A stretch of DNA of 64,000 bases. Origin: Verrucomicrobiota bacterium. GTDB taxonomy: Bacteria; Verrucomicrobiota; Verrucomicrobiia; Limisphaerales; SXQI01. Shown here in pieces: positions 49,127 through 60,134 of the stretch. The position numbers and the translations under genes were made by a program. The notes beneath the pieces were generated by a model that was not told the DNA's origin, made no database searches, and saw only the letters and a program-made list of their open reading frames with translations. The stretch's first letter is position 1. Every line of letters starts with the position of its first letter. Where the stretch lies: contig JANRLX010000071.1 in the NCBI GenBank assembly GCA_033762115.1, positions 1 through 64,000 on the forward strand, written 5' to 3'.

Positions 49127-50740
49127 CTAGATCGGGCGATGGTGAATGGCTGCGTGGCACGCTGCAATAAACCCGCGAAACAACGGATGCGGCGCATTCT
49201 GTTTGCTTAAAAATTCCGGATGATACTGGCTGGCCATGAAGAAGGGATGGTCTTTTAGCTCGATCAACTCCACCAGTTTCCCATCAGGCGAGGTGCCACT
49301 GAAAATGAATCCCGCTTCCTCGAATTGGGTGCGATAGGTGTTGTTGAACTCATATCGGTGACGATGCCGTTCATTAATGACGAATGCACCATACAGCTGG
49401 GCAGCCCGACTTCCCACTGCCAATTGGCAAGGTTGCGCCCCCAGGCGCATCGAACCACCTTTCTTGGTCACCTTGCGCTGTTCATCCAGCAGGGCGATCA
49501 CAGGATGCGGGGTGTCCGGTTCAAACTCCGTCGAATGCGCATCCTTCAAGCCCAGCACATTCCTGGCAAATTCAATTGTGGCAATTTGCATTCCAAGGCA
49601 CAACCCGAGATAAGGAATTCGATGCTCCCGCGCGTACTGTGCAGCGAGGATTTTCCCTTCGATTCCCCGTTCTCCAAATCCCCCCGGCACGAGCAGCCCC
49701 CCCAATCCTTTCAGGACTTTTTCAGGACCGAATTTCTCCATTTCTTCGGCATCCACTTTCTCGATTTCAACCCCGCAATCGTTTGCCACTCCGCCATGGA
49801 TCACTGCCTCATAAACTGATTTATAGGCATCGTTTAATTCAATATATTTACCGACCACCCCGATCCTTACCCGATGCTGCGGAGCCACCAGTTTCCTGAT
49901 GATTTCCTGCCAATGACTCATGTTGGCGGCAGGCGCATCCAGGCGCAAATGGGCGCAGACCAGGTCATCCAACCGCTCTCTCTGAAGCATCAATGGAACT
50001 TCATAAATACTGTGATCGACATCTTTCTCCTCGATCACGGCTTCATAAGGCACATTGCAGAAAAGGCTCATTTTCTGCCGCAACTCCTTGTTAAGCGGTT
50101 GCTCACAACGACACACCAGGATATGCGGGGCAATTCCGATTTCACGCAATTTGGCCACTGACTGTTGCGTTGGCTTTGTCTTTAGCTCTCCTGCCGCCTT
50201 GATGAACGGCACATAAGTCACGTGAATGAACAGGACATTGTTGAGACCCGCGCCCAGGGCAAATTCCCTGATCGCTTCCAAAAATGGAAGGCCTTCAATG
50301 TCCCCGGTCGTCCCACCAATTTCCGTGATCAGAACATCCGCCGTGGAACTCTGGGTGATCTTGTGAATCCGGCCCTGGATTTCATCCGTCACATGCGGAA
50401 TCACCTGGACTGTTTTCCCCAGGTAATCGCCACGCCGTTCCTTATCCAGGACAGTCTGGTAAACCTGCCCGCTGGTCAGATTATTGAAGCGTGTCAGTTT
50501 GGTGCTGGTAAATCGTTCGTAATGCCCAAGGTCAAGGTCCGTTTCGGCGCCATCGTCCAGCACATAAACTTCACCATGCTGGTAAGGGCTCATTGTGCCG
50601 GGATCCACGTTAAGGTAGGGATCAAACTTCTGGAGCGAAACTTTCAACCCTCGGTTCTCCAATAAAGTTCCGAGCGCCGCCGCAGTCAGCCCTTTCCCAA
50701 GGGAACTGACGACTCCGCCTGTGACAAAAACGTACTTCAT
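49127..50740 (-). CDS. pyrG: CTP synthase
   Basis: [37 protein letters not shown]. Confidence 0.98.
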   Translation of the reverse strand: MKYVFVTGGVVSSLGKGLTAAALGTLLENRGLKVSLQKFDPYLNVDPGTMSPYQHGEVYVLDDGAETDLDLGHYERFTSTKLTRFNNLTSGQVYQTVLDKERRGDYLGKTVQVIPHVTDEIQGRIHKITQSSTADVLITEIGGTTGDIEGLPFLEAIREFALGAGLNNVLFIHVTYVPFIKAAGELKTKPTQQSVAKLREIGIAPHILVCRCEQPLNKELRQKMSLFCNVPYEAVIEEKDVDHSIYEVPLMLQRERLDDLVCAHLRLDAPAANMSHWQEIIRKLVAPQHRVRIGVVGKYIELNDAYKSVYEAVIHGGVANDCGVEIEKVDAEEMEKFGPEKVLKGLGGLLVPGGFGERGIEGKILAAQYAREHRIPYLGLCLGMQIATIEFARNVLGLKDAHSTEFEPDTPHPVIALLDEQRKVTKKGGSMRLGAQPCQLAVGSRAAQLYGAFVINERHRHRYEFNNTYRTQFEEAGFIFSGTSPDGKLVELIELKDHPFFMASQYHPEFLSKQNAPHPLFRGFIAACHAAIHHRPI

Positions 50741-51474
50741 TGTGTTAAAAGCTTTTCCACCCGGATGACATCTTCCGGGACATCCACTCCCACGCTGTTG
50801 TAATCAACTGTGATTACCTGAATTCGAATCCCGTTCTCCAATGCCCTCAATTGCTCAAGTTTCTCGGCATCTTCCAGGCGGGAAACAGGCTGCTTTACCA
50901 GATCCAAGAGCGTTTCGCGCCGGTATCCATAAATCCCCAGATGTTTCAAAAATGGGAAAGCCGTCATCTGTTCCCGCCCTGGACGATTGGCGGCATCCCG
51001 CAAATAAGGAATCGTTCGCCGTGAGAAATATAACGCTGCTCCCCTGATATCCACAACGACTTTCACAACATTTGGGCTCTCGAACTCCTCCAGTGTGCGA
51101 ATCAGGGTGGCTGCAGTGGACATTTCCGAATTTTCCAGGGCCTTTGCCACCTGGTCGATCACTGTGGGATCAATCAATGGCTCATCTCCCTGGATATTGA
51201 CGAAGCCGTCACCCTGAAGCCTGCTGGCAACCTCAGCAATCCGGTCAGTTCCACTCGGGTGATCCACCCGGGTCATCTCCACGCGGCACCAGTTTCGGGC
51301 CGCCTCTCGGATTCGTTCATCATCGGTTGCCACCACCACCTCAGCCAGTGACCGCGCTTTCTGGCACTGCTCAACCACCCGTTGAAGGAGCGGTTTCCCG
51401 GAAATCAATGCCAGCGGTTTCCCCGGAAAACGGGTTGAGGCATAACGCGCAGGAATGATTCCGATCTGTTTCAT
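50737..51474 (-). CDS. kdsB: CMP-Kdo synthetase
   Basis: [34 protein letters not shown]. Confidence 0.96.
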   Translation of the reverse strand: MKQIGIIPARYASTRFPGKPLALISGKPLLQRVVEQCQKARSLAEVVVATDDERIREAARNWCRVEMTRVDHPSGTDRIAEVASRLQGDGFVNIQGDEPLIDPTVIDQVAKALENSEMSTAATLIRTLEEFESPNVVKVVVDIRGAALYFSRRTIPYLRDAANRPGREQMTAFPFLKHLGIYGYRRETLLDLVKQPVSRLEDAEKLEQLRALENGIRIQVITVDYNSVGVDVPEDVIRVEKLLTQ

Positions 51475-52016
51475 GATAGCGTTCCCAAAATGTGCTCGAT
51501 GGCCGCAGGCAAATCATCCTCTACTTGAACCCTGCCTTGCTGCGTCATTTTCTTTTCCTGCACCGCGCCATATCCGGTTCGCACCAGATAAGAGGCTTTG
51601 ACCCCGGCATTGATCCCACACTCGATATCGATCAATTTATCTCCAATCATGAAACTTTCAGAGAGGTCGATTCCAAACTGATCCCGCGCCTGGAAAAGAA
51701 AATAGGGGGATGGTTTCCGGCCCAGGCTCGGTTGATCCGGCGCTTCAGGGGCGACATAGATTGCAGTAAACTTTACCCCTTCCACCCCGCATTCGCTGGC
51801 AATATGGCCATGAACTTTCTCAACATCATTCATCGAGAAGTAACCGCGCCCCACACCTGACTGGTTTGTCACCATAATCAGCAGGAAACCGGTGTTTTGC
51901 GCTTTTTTTAAAGCGATGATAACTCCCGGGAAAAACCGGACATCTTCCGCCTTGTGCAGGTAATCTGCGTCATGAATCAGGGTGCCGTCTCGGTCCAGAA
52001 AAATGGCTCGCTTCAT
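51471..52016 (-). CDS. gmhB: D,D-heptose 1,7-bisphosphate phosphatase (HAD IIIA)
   Basis: FLDRDGTL, VTNQSGVGRG, RKP, MIGD. Confidence 0.88.
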   Translation of the reverse strand: MKRAIFLDRDGTLIHDADYLHKAEDVRFFPGVIIALKKAQNTGFLLIMVTNQSGVGRGYFSMNDVEKVHGHIASECGVEGVKFTAIYVAPEAPDQPSLGRKPSPYFLFQARDQFGIDLSESFMIGDKLIDIECGINAGVKASYLVRTGYGAVQEKKMTQQGRVQVEDDLPAAIEHILGTLS

Positions 52017-52017
52017 T

Positions 52018-53022
52018 TCAGGAAAAACTCGCCAGCAATTCTTCCGGCGAAACACACGCCGTGCCAACCTTCCCAACCACTACTCCGGCTGCATGATTGG
52101 AAAATATGGCCGCCTCTATCGGAGAAGCTCCGGCGGCAATCGCCAGGGTAAAAGAGGCGATCACCGTGTCCCCTGCCCCCGAAACATCAAAGACTTCCTG
52201 CGCAACAGTTGGAATGTGAAAAGGGGCTGTTCCCCTTCGGCAGAGTAACATTCCCTGCTCTCCCAGGGTGACTAACAGCAACGCTGGTTGCAACTCTTCA
52301 AGCAATTTCTCCGCGACAGACATCAAAGCCTTATCCTGCAACGGTTCCGGGCCCCTGGAATGATCCTCCACTCCGGCCAGTTCGAATGCTTCCTTGCGAT
52401 TCGGAGTGATTAAAGAAAGACCTTTCAGGTTCAGATGATGCACAGGCTTCGGATCGAGGCTCAGCCAAACACCACGCGTTCGACAAAGGACCCTTAATTC
52501 ATCAAGCAATTCCTGAGAAACGACCCCTTTCCCATAATCACCAATGATCAGGGCGTCCGCCCCGGCCAGCCCTTCCTCCACTAATGTTAGGAGGCGGCGG
52601 ATCGTTTTTCTGTCCAGCGGGCGAACATCCTCCCGGTCAACCCGCACCAGTTGCTGCTGATGGGCAATAATCCGGGTCTTGATGCTGGTTGGTTTGCCAG
52701 CAATACCCACAATTCCGGCGCATCCCACGTTTTGCGCTTTGAGCAGCTTTTTTAATTGCGTTGCAAACTCATCCCGCCCGACCACTCCAAACATCTCCGC
52801 TGTGCCCTGTAGTGAAGTGAGATTTCGCGCCACATTCGCGGCACCGCCTGGCATGAAGGATTCCCTGTTGAACTCCACCACAGGCACCGGCGCTTCCGGT
52901 GAAATGCGGCGGACATTTCCCCAAAGAAATTGATCGAGCATTAAATCCCCCAGCACCAGGATCCGGGTGCTGCGGGCTCGTTCCAATAATTGGCTGACCT
53001 GGCGGCGCGAAAGATTTTTCAT
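52018..53022 (-). CDS. hldA: D-beta-D-heptose 7-phosphate kinase (RfaE domain I)
   Basis: [38 protein letters not shown]. Confidence 0.92.
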   Translation of the reverse strand: MKNLSRRQVSQLLERARSTRILVLGDLMLDQFLWGNVRRISPEAPVPVVEFNRESFMPGGAANVARNLTSLQGTAEMFGVVGRDEFATQLKKLLKAQNVGCAGIVGIAGKPTSIKTRIIAHQQQLVRVDREDVRPLDRKTIRRLLTLVEEGLAGADALIIGDYGKGVVSQELLDELRVLCRTRGVWLSLDPKPVHHLNLKGLSLITPNRKEAFELAGVEDHSRGPEPLQDKALMSVAEKLLEELQPALLLVTLGEQGMLLCRRGTAPFHIPTVAQEVFDVSGAGDTVIASFTLAIAAGASPIEAAIFSNHAAGVVVGKVGTACVSPEELLASFS

Positions 53023-53810
53023 GAATCAAGGAAACCTGTCAGTGGGCTGGTCGGGTTTGCGGTCCATTGGGGGGCTTGCAATCCCACCACGTATGCCTCT
53101 CGCCCTGCCTCGACAGCTTTTGCAAAGGCAACCGCCATTCGGTTCGGGTCCGCTGCCACGGCAATCGCTGTATTGATCAGCACTGCGTCCGCACCAAGCT
53201 CCATGGCCTCAGCGGCATGACTCGGAGCCCCCAACCCGGCATCCACGACCACCGGTACCGTTGCCTGCTCAATGATGATTCGTATCTGCCCACGGGCCTC
53301 AACGCCACGGTTGGACCCGATTGGAGAACCGAGCGGCATCACCGTAGCGCTTCCCGCCTCCTGCAAACGTTTGGCCAGCACCGGATCAGCGTTGATATAA
53401 GGCAGGACGGTAAACCCCTCCCTCACCAGTATCTCAGTTGCTTTTAATGTTTCGATGGGATCGGGCAGGAGGTAACGCGGGTCAGGGTGAATCTCAAGCT
53501 TGACCCATTTCGGCAGGCCTGCTGCCGCTGCAAGCCGGGCGAGGCGAACGGCCTCTTCAGCATTCATGGCCCCGCTCGTGTTCGGCAAAATCAAAAATCG
53601 TTTGGGATCGATGTATTCAAGGATATTCGCAAACGGATCCTTTTTCCCTGTTAAATCAGCACGTCTTAATGCAACTGTCACAATTTCACTGCCACTGGCT
53701 TCTAGAGCGGAACGCATTGCCTCCGGCGCGGAAAATTTACCCGTTCCCACGAGCAGCCTCGAGGAAAACTCACGACCAGCGATGACCAGCTTGCGATCCA
53801 GAGAAAACAT
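53019..53810 (-). CDS. thiG: Thiazole synthase
   Basis: [35 protein letters not shown]. Confidence 0.96.
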   Translation of the reverse strand: MFSLDRKLVIAGREFSSRLLVGTGKFSAPEAMRSALEASGSEIVTVALRRADLTGKKDPFANILEYIDPKRFLILPNTSGAMNAEEAVRLARLAAAAGLPKWVKLEIHPDPRYLLPDPIETLKATEILVREGFTVLPYINADPVLAKRLQEAGSATVMPLGSPIGSNRGVEARGQIRIIIEQATVPVVVDAGLGAPSHAAEAMELGADAVLINTAIAVAADPNRMAVAFAKAVEAGREAYVVGLQAPQWTANPTSPLTGFLDS

Positions 53811-53874
53811 TGGAGAAAATATTACTGATACGAACGGCTGTGATGCAATCCCGGAACTGGATCAGGGTGCCCAT

Positions 53875-53905
53875 AAAAAGAAAGGACAGGCCAATGCCTG
53901 TCCTT
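53875..53905 (-). terminator. Intrinsic terminator of the second DUF883 gene
   Basis: AAGGACAGGC-caat-GCCTGTCCTT with U-rich tail on the minus strand. Confidence 0.8.
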
Positions 53906-53932
53906 CCACAATTTTTAATTGAACCGTTATGC

Positions 53933-54175
53933 TTACCGGCGGCTGCTCATGAGATAACCAATAACCAGCCCCACTCCGGCAGCAATGCCCAATGCTGTCC
54001 ACGGATTTTCATGGACATATTCATCTGTTGTGGTGGCAGCTTCCCTGGTTTTGTCCATGATCGCCCGTTGAAGGTCCGCGAGGGAATATTGCCCCGTCCG
54101 CACCCCTTCTTCAATTTGATCTGCAATCGATTCCACAGGATCATTCAAATCTGATTCAATCCGGCCAGTATTCAT
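53933..54175 (-). CDS. Second ElaB/YqjD (DUF883) protein
   Basis: DEYVHENPWTALGIAAGVGLVIG; GGAG SD before ATG 54175. Confidence 0.85.
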   Translation of the reverse strand: MNTGRIESDLNDPVESIADQIEEGVRTGQYSLADLQRAIMDKTREAATTTDEYVHENPWTALGIAAGVGLVIGYLMSSRR

Positions 54176-54279
54176 GTAAAAATCTCCTTTCAAGTTAAGC
54201 TAAACATCACCCCGTGTACATGGAATCAGGCATTCCCCCTAAAATTTCTTAGGGAGAATGCCTTGAAACCACCCATCGG

Positions 54280-54534
54280 TCAGACCGTCCGTCTGCCTGC
54301 CACCATGCGATACAAGGCCAGGAGAATGATCGCACCCACAACCGATGCGATAAAACCTGCGGGTTCTCCTTCCGCGTACCAACCCATTCCACGGCCTATT
54401 GCATGTGCAAGGAATGCGCCAGCAATACCGAGAAGACTCGTAATGATGAACCCACCGGGATCACGTCCTGGCATAAGGAACTTCGCTACGATGCCGACTA
54501 GCAAACCAATCAATAATGTCCAAACTAATTCCAT
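54280..54534 (-). CDS. GlsB/YeaQ/YmgE-family stress membrane protein
   Basis: IGLLVGIVAKFLMPGRDPGG...IASVVGAIILL. Confidence 0.9.
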   Translation of the reverse strand: MELVWTLLIGLLVGIVAKFLMPGRDPGGFIITSLLGIAGAFLAHAIGRGMGWYAEGEPAGFIASVVGAIILLALYRMVAGRRTV

Positions 54535-54721
54535 ATGTTCTCCTTTTCCTACCTGTTGCACCATCAGCCCGAAAAAGGTCTTCAACAAGACAGAGCAGGG
54601 CTGTTTCCCCCTTCCTCTTCGGTCATCATCACCGGGTAAGGGATTTTCCCAATAAACAACCCACTGGAACGGCTTCATTCTTGCGCAGAACAGCCAATTT
54701 GTTTCTCATTCGTCCCGTCCT

Positions 54722-56104
54722 ATGCCTTTAAACCAAGCTTTGCTCACTCAATTCCGTCAACTCCTCGGCGCGGAGAACGTGCTGACCTCGCCCGAAGATC
54801 TGATTCCTTACTCGTTTGACGGTACCGCCGCTCTGAGCCAACTCCCGGCGGCGGTTCTTTTTGTTCAAACTGCAGTTCAGATCGCGGAAATCCTGAAAAC
54901 CGCCAACAGCCATCACATTGCGGTTGTCACTCGCGGTTCCGGAACCGGGTTGAGCGGCGGCAGCATTCCTTCCAGGGACTGCATCGTCCTATGCACCGTC
55001 AAAATGGACAAAATTCTGGAAGTCGATAAAGCCAATCTTACCCTTCTCGCCGAGCCTGGCGTCACCACAATTAAAATTGCAGAAGCTGCTGCGGAAGCTG
55101 GTCTTTTTTACCCCCCGGATCCCGGCTCCATGCGCATCTCGACCATTGGCGGCAACGTGGCCGAGAACTCTGGTGGACTTCGCGGACTTAAATATGGGGT
55201 CACCCGCAATTATGTCATGGGACTGGAGATCGTGCTTCCCACCGGTGAACTGATGTTCCTCGGGAATAAATGTGTCAAGGATGTGGCTGGCTACTCTCTA
55301 AAGGATGTGTTCATTGGCTCGGAAGGCACCCTGGGAGTCATCACCAAAGTCCTGCTTCGCCTGATTCCCGCACCGCAGTGCAAAAAAACAATGGTCGCGA
55401 CCTTCTCACAGATGGACCATGCTGCCGATACCGTCTCCGCAATTATCACTGCCCGGATCATTCCCTGCACCCTCGAGTTTCTTGACCGCACAACCATTCA
55501 TTGCGTGGAGGATTATGCCAAAATCGGCCTGCCCCTGGATTGCGAAGCGCTCCTTTTGATTGAAACAGATGGACATCCTGCTGTGGTGGCGGAGGAAGCT
55601 GCGGCCATGGAACGGATTTGCCGTGAAAGGGGCTGCCTTCAGGTCATCGTCGCCAGGGATGATGCAGAAGCCACTCGGCTGGCCAGCGCCCGGCGCACCG
55701 CCTTTTCAGCGCTTGCCCGTGTTTCGCCCACAACCATTCTGGAGGATGCCACTGTGCCTCGAAGTGAACTCGCCAAAATGATTCGTTACGTGGAGCAAAT
55801 TGCAAAAAAATATAACCTTCGTATTGGCACCTTTGGCCATATGGGAGATGGGAATCTTCACCCGACATTCCTGACTGATGAGCGGAACAAGGAGGAAATG
55901 CACAGGGTCGAGGAAGCTTTTAAGGAAATTTTTGCGGAAGCCATCCGCCTGGGAGGCACCATCACAGGCGAACATGGGATTGGGCTGGCGAAGAAATCAT
56001 TCCTTCCCTCGTTTGCGGGGGAGGCTCAAATGCGAGTCATGCGCGAACTTCGCCACGCTCTGGACCCACACGATATTCTCAATCCAGGGAAGATGTTTGA
56101 CTAG
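54722..56104 (+). CDS. glcD: FAD-linked oxidase, glycolate oxidase subunit D family
   Basis: RGSGTGLSGG, YPPDPGS, GSEGTLG, FGHMGDGNLHP, TGEHGIG, LNPGK. Confidence 0.85.
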   Translation: MPLNQALLTQFRQLLGAENVLTSPEDLIPYSFDGTAALSQLPAAVLFVQTAVQIAEILKTANSHHIAVVTRGSGTGLSGGSIPSRDCIVLCTVKMDKILEVDKANLTLLAEPGVTTIKIAEAAAEAGLFYPPDPGSMRISTIGGNVAENSGGLRGLKYGVTRNYVMGLEIVLPTGELMFLGNKCVKDVAGYSLKDVFIGSEGTLGVITKVLLRLIPAPQCKKTMVATFSQMDHAADTVSAIITARIIPCTLEFLDRTTIHCVEDYAKIGLPLDCEALLLIETDGHPAVVAEEAAAMERICRERGCLQVIVARDDAEATRLASARRTAFSALARVSPTTILEDATVPRSELAKMIRYVEQIAKKYNLRIGTFGHMGDGNLHPTFLTDERNKEEMHRVEEAFKEIFAEAIRLGGTITGEHGIGLAKKSFLPSFAGEAQMRVMRELRHALDPHDILNPGKMFD

Positions 56105-56267
56105 AAGTCATCTCATAAATGGACAACTTGCGAATCGCCAGGGATTTTAGCCGGATGCGAGGCGCGACGAAGGAGCATATCCGCAGCGATCTGTAACTGA
56201 GGAGCAACGAAGCAGCCGGTTAAAATCCCCGCAAGGCGCTGCTTGGACATTTATGAGATGGCTTCTA
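56102..56267. mobile_element. MITE-like non-autonomous element (~166 bp)
   Basis: 20-bp terminal inverted repeats TAGAAGyCATCTCATAAATG (19/20 match, TA at both ends); inner inverted repeat GGGATTTTAGCCGG/CCGGTTAAAATCCC. Confidence 0.75.
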
Positions 56268-57593
56268 AACCGAACAGGGCGCCATGACGGCATCTTTCAT
56301 TCCATGAATGATTTTTTTATCAGCCGGGCAAATCGTCGCCAGCACTCCGCATAATTGCGCGCGGGCATTGTCCCCTTCCCCTTTGACAAAATAGTAGGGA
56401 CATAACCGCACCCGCCCAGCCATTTCCACTTCGCTGTTGCTCGCGAAATCAAACCAGTACGAGGGCACACTCTTCGGTTTGTGATAACGTTGCAGCACGT
56501 ACGGACGGGTTTCGAATTCCTTTAATGCCCGGTCCACCGCGTCACTCCATTCGGCCGTCGATAGATCACTTCCCAACGACACGCTTCGCGCTCCCCAGGC
56601 CGTTTCTGAGAACCCGGAAATTTTAATAATCAAATCGCGCTCTTTTTGAGATAAGTTTTTTAATTCGTTCCAATTCGTCAATTCCAGGCCGGGAATTGCT
56701 CCCTGCGGGGGAAGCGGAGCCGGGTCCATCACCCAGGTCTGCGGCACGATGCTTTGCAATCTTCGCAGGAATGAGTCCCCTAAATCCTGTCGCCAAAACT
56801 GCCGAAGATTCCGGTTCCAGAGCAAAGCAAAGAGCATCTTCTCTTCAAAAAACGATTTGGGCGGCGGCGTCAGGGTGACTTGTCCCTGTTCCGCAGCTTT
56901 GAAAATCGGCAGGGCGGATGGCACATTCGCAATGTCAAACAGCTCAAAAAACCTGTAAATCGCGTCACCTTCCTTCCATCCACTGAAATCAGCATACTGA
57001 ACGGCAAAGCGTCGCCCTCCTTTATGTGAATTTAACTGCTCGGTTAGCCATTCCATTTCTGGGCGGTACGTTGCCGACTCTTCTGAAATGACCATCTGCA
57101 CAGTGGGTGCCTTCCCAAAAATTGAATCAAACCCCTCAATCATCCCCTCAGCGCCGCCAATGATGGCCCAGCCAGCGGACGGGGCATTGGCGTAAGCCTG
57201 GTTAAGCCACGCAGTCAATCCGATACCACCCGGAACACTGTCCAGTTCCGTGATGCTGATCCCATTTTCAGTTAATAAAATGTCCGGGCGGATTACCCGC
57301 GGCAGGTCATTCCTGAACCCGGCAGATTGTTGCAGTTCCAATAGCCAGGCTGGCTTTCCCCGATTCAGCCATTCCGCCACCCAGGAGGGCTGTTTTCCTG
57401 AAAGGCTGTGCCGGTAGAGAAGGTTGGATGCCTTGTAAAACTGCAACAGGACACGGCCAAGAGATTCCAATTCCCCCGCCAGTTTTTCTCCCAGGGGAAA
57501 AGGCCGGGTGGAAACTCGCCAATCCTTGCCATCAAATAACCCATTCTCCGGGAACTGTTCCCGGACATGACGCGCAATTTGTAGCAGCTGCAT
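56265..57593 (-). CDS. Uncharacterised ATP-grasp-like ligase
   Basis: IRPDIL, TELDSVPGGIG, LIIKISG..AWGARSV, YVLQRY, RVRLCPY; GGAGG SD. Confidence 0.65.
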   Translation of the reverse strand: MQLLQIARHVREQFPENGLFDGKDWRVSTRPFPLGEKLAGELESLGRVLLQFYKASNLLYRHSLSGKQPSWVAEWLNRGKPAWLLELQQSAGFRNDLPRVIRPDILLTENGISITELDSVPGGIGLTAWLNQAYANAPSAGWAIIGGAEGMIEGFDSIFGKAPTVQMVISEESATYRPEMEWLTEQLNSHKGGRRFAVQYADFSGWKEGDAIYRFFELFDIANVPSALPIFKAAEQGQVTLTPPPKSFFEEKMLFALLWNRNLRQFWRQDLGDSFLRRLQSIVPQTWVMDPAPLPPQGAIPGLELTNWNELKNLSQKERDLIIKISGFSETAWGARSVSLGSDLSTAEWSDAVDRALKEFETRPYVLQRYHKPKSVPSYWFDFASNSEVEMAGRVRLCPYYFVKGEGDNARAQLCGVLATICPADKKIIHGMKDAVMAPCSV

Positions 57594-57600
57594 TTCCTCC

Positions 57601-58884
57601 TTACTGCCGAATCTGTCCGGTCCCAATCCCGAGCCATTTATAAGAGGTCAATTCTTCCAGTCCCATCGGACCTCGGGCTCCGATTTTGTCGGTGCTGATC
57701 CCGATCTCCGCTCCCATCCCATATTCCCCTCCATCAGTGAATCGTGTCGAAGCGTTCCAATAAACCGTTGCGCTGTCCACTTCGGCTAGGAAGCGACGGG
57801 CTTTTTCCTCGTCAGCAGTCACGATGCAATCCGAATGTGCCGAACCATACTGGTTGATATGATTGATCGCCTCATCCAGGCCACCGACAATCCTCACATT
57901 CAGGATGTAATCGTTATATTCTGTGCTCCAGTCGCTTTCGGTTGCAGGACGAATTTTCAATCCGGCGGGAGACTTTCCTGCAAGCAACGCTTCCGTGCCT
58001 TTATCCACATGGAGTTCGACTCCTTTTTCAGATAGACGTTCGACGATGGACGGCAAAAATTTTGGGGCGATCGCGTTGTCCAGGAGCAATGTTTCCATCG
58101 CATTGCAAACCGCAGGTCGCTGGACTTTTGCGTTCATGGCAATCTGTTCTGCCATTCCCAGATCAGCCTCCCCATCCACATACACATGGCAAACACCCTT
58201 GTAATGCTTGATCACAGGCACTTTCGAACATTCAGTGACCGCGCGGATTAAACCTTCACCGCCGCGGGGCATACAAAGATCAACCAACTCAGTCAATGAA
58301 AGCAATTCACGGATCGCTTCCCGGTCCGTGGTTTGGACCACCTGAATCGCATGCGCCGGAAATTTCGGGAGGAACTTTCTTGCGGCAGTCACCATCATCT
58401 CCGCAATGACCTGATTTGAGTGGATCGCTTCCTTCCCGCCGCGCAAAATTGTCGCGTTGCCCGATTTCAGGCAGAGACTGGCTGCATCCGCAGTCACATT
58501 CGGCCGGGACTCGTAAATGATGACCACCACGCCAATGGGGACTGACACCTTGGTCAGTTTCAATCCATTGGGGCGCACTCGTTGATCAAGGACTCTCCCG
58601 ACCGGATCATTCAGCGCGGCCACTTCCCTCAACCCTTTTGCCATGCTCGCGACCCGTTTTTCATCCAGCTTCAAGCGATCCAGCATCGCTCCTGAAAGTC
58701 CTGAGTTTGTTGCAAACTCCATATCCTTCAGGTTTGCAGATCGAATGGAGTCCAATCCATTCTCCAGAGCGGAAGCCATCGCCAGCAGACAACCATTTTT
58801 CTCCGCGGTTGTCAGCTTTGCCAGTTCGCGCGAGGCATTCTTCGCCTGTCGAGCCAGCTGCTGCATCTCCTCTTTCAAACTCAT
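57601..58884 (-). CDS. proA: Gamma-glutamyl phosphate reductase
   Basis: IIYESRPNVT, LRGGKEA, PRGG, CNAMET, NASTRFTDG, ARGPMGL. Confidence 0.97.
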   Translation of the reverse strand: MSLKEEMQQLARQAKNASRELAKLTTAEKNGCLLAMASALENGLDSIRSANLKDMEFATNSGLSGAMLDRLKLDEKRVASMAKGLREVAALNDPVGRVLDQRVRPNGLKLTKVSVPIGVVVIIYESRPNVTADAASLCLKSGNATILRGGKEAIHSNQVIAEMMVTAARKFLPKFPAHAIQVVQTTDREAIRELLSLTELVDLCMPRGGEGLIRAVTECSKVPVIKHYKGVCHVYVDGEADLGMAEQIAMNAKVQRPAVCNAMETLLLDNAIAPKFLPSIVERLSEKGVELHVDKGTEALLAGKSPAGLKIRPATESDWSTEYNDYILNVRIVGGLDEAINHINQYGSAHSDCIVTADEEKARRFLAEVDSATVYWNASTRFTDGGEYGMGAEIGISTDKIGARGPMGLEELTSYKWLGIGTGQIRQ

Positions 58885-58959
58885 GGGTCGAATCTAATCA
58901 ATTCAAGTGAAATGAAAAGCTGGAACGAATTTCTTTGGATCTGCCTTCGATCTCAATGT

Positions 58960-59406
58960 TTAGGCAAGCAGATGCCCCGGAGCAACTTCAATCAAGTCAG
59001 CAAGATGGGACGGGATCGCTGTCGATGTCAGGCTGCCATCCCGTTGATGAGCAACACAGCAAACAATCAGTTCCCCCTGGGCAATGTCTGCGACCGTTCG
59101 CCCACCCTGGAGTTTATGGAATTTAAACAACAAATGCAGGACTTTGCTTTTCTTCTCCTTAACGAGCAGATGGGTTTCGAATTCATCTTCGAATTTTAGT
59201 GGACGCTTATAATCGCAACTCGCATGAACACGTGGAAAGCCAAGAGGTGGATCCAATTGATCAAGAATCACCGAGAAACCAAGGGAGCGGTAAAACGCAT
59301 GCTCCGCAGATTCCATGTAATAAAAAAAATTCGCGAAATGAACAATGCCTGCCATGTCTGTTTCCGAAAACTCCACCCGGCGGATCGTCTTGAACTCGAA
59401 ACCCAT
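58960..59406 (-). CDS. Hotdog-fold acyl-CoA thioesterase (4HBT/YbgC-like)
   Basis: RVEFSETDMAGIVHFANF, CDYKRPL. Confidence 0.88.
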   Translation of the reverse strand: MGFEFKTIRRVEFSETDMAGIVHFANFFYYMESAEHAFYRSLGFSVILDQLDPPLGFPRVHASCDYKRPLKFEDEFETHLLVKEKKSKVLHLLFKFHKLQGGRTVADIAQGELIVCCVAHQRDGSLTSTAIPSHLADLIEVAPGHLLA

Positions 59407-59448
59407 ATCCAAAGTTAAAAGAGGCAGCCATGCCGCTCAATGAGAATA

Positions 59449-60078
59449 TCAAGCGCCCATGTTGTATGCCTTTTGCACAAAAGAGCGGATATCCGAAAAT
59501 TCCGCTTCCCCAGCAATTGTATGCTCCTTGTTGTATTCCTTGTAGGTAAGCTGAATGCCTGCTTTTTTTAGAAGTTCATGCTGCGTTTTGACAGGTCCCG
59601 CTGGAATCAATGGGTCACGTGTCCCATGCGTTACCAATAGCCGCTGGTCCCGTGCCACAGGGGAGAGTTCGGCCAACAGCTTTTCCGGTTCATGTACCCA
59701 GCCGCTGATTCCTACCAGGCATGCAAGCGGGTGAGGATATCGCAACCCCACATCAATGGTCATAAGGCAGCCCTGGGAGAACCCCAGCAGCGAAATGTCG
59801 CTCGATTGATAGCCCTGCTCCACCAGATGGTTTATCAAACCGGTGACTTCAATCCTGCTTCGCTCAATCCCCGGAGAACGATCCCCATAAATATCAAACC
59901 AGGAGAACCCTCCATAATAGGGGTCCGGGGCGTTGACCAGTTGGTAATTCAACCAGGGAAGCCGAAGCATTAAAGGCAGTTCCCTGTACCCCTCCATACT
60001 GTCCCCCAATCCATGAAGAACCACCATGACCCGCCTCGAAGCTGATTCTTTGGCGGGAACAAATTCGCAATCGAGCAT
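59449..60078 (-). CDS. Phospholipase/carboxylesterase (alpha/beta hydrolase)
   Basis: LHGLGD, GFSQG, HGTRD, KEH. Confidence 0.88.
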   Translation of the reverse strand: MLDCEFVPAKESASRRVMVVLHGLGDSMEGYRELPLMLRLPWLNYQLVNAPDPYYGGFSWFDIYGDRSPGIERSRIEVTGLINHLVEQGYQSSDISLLGFSQGCLMTIDVGLRYPHPLACLVGISGWVHEPEKLLAELSPVARDQRLLVTHGTRDPLIPAGPVKTQHELLKKAGIQLTYKEYNKEHTIAGEAEFSDIRSFVQKAYNMGA

Positions 60079-60100
60079 GCTTCAGTTTGACTTAAATCAC

Positions 60101-60134
60101 AAAAAAAGAAAGGCGGCCACCTCCTGACCGCCTT
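60101..60134 (-). terminator. Intrinsic terminator with GGAGG loop
   Basis: Minus strand AAGGCGGTCA-GGAGG-TGGCCGCCTT followed by TC and T7. Confidence 0.75.

Noticed and set aside
53811..53932. TPP riboswitch upstream of thiG
   Set aside because: Conserved CUGAGA core absent; region is explained by a terminator and a promoter
54229..54262. GGCATTCCCCCTAA...TTAGGGAGAATGCC as a terminator
   Set aside because: No T-tract; better explained as two inverted copies of the 16-bp box, though a 3' hairpin role for the GlsB gene is not excluded
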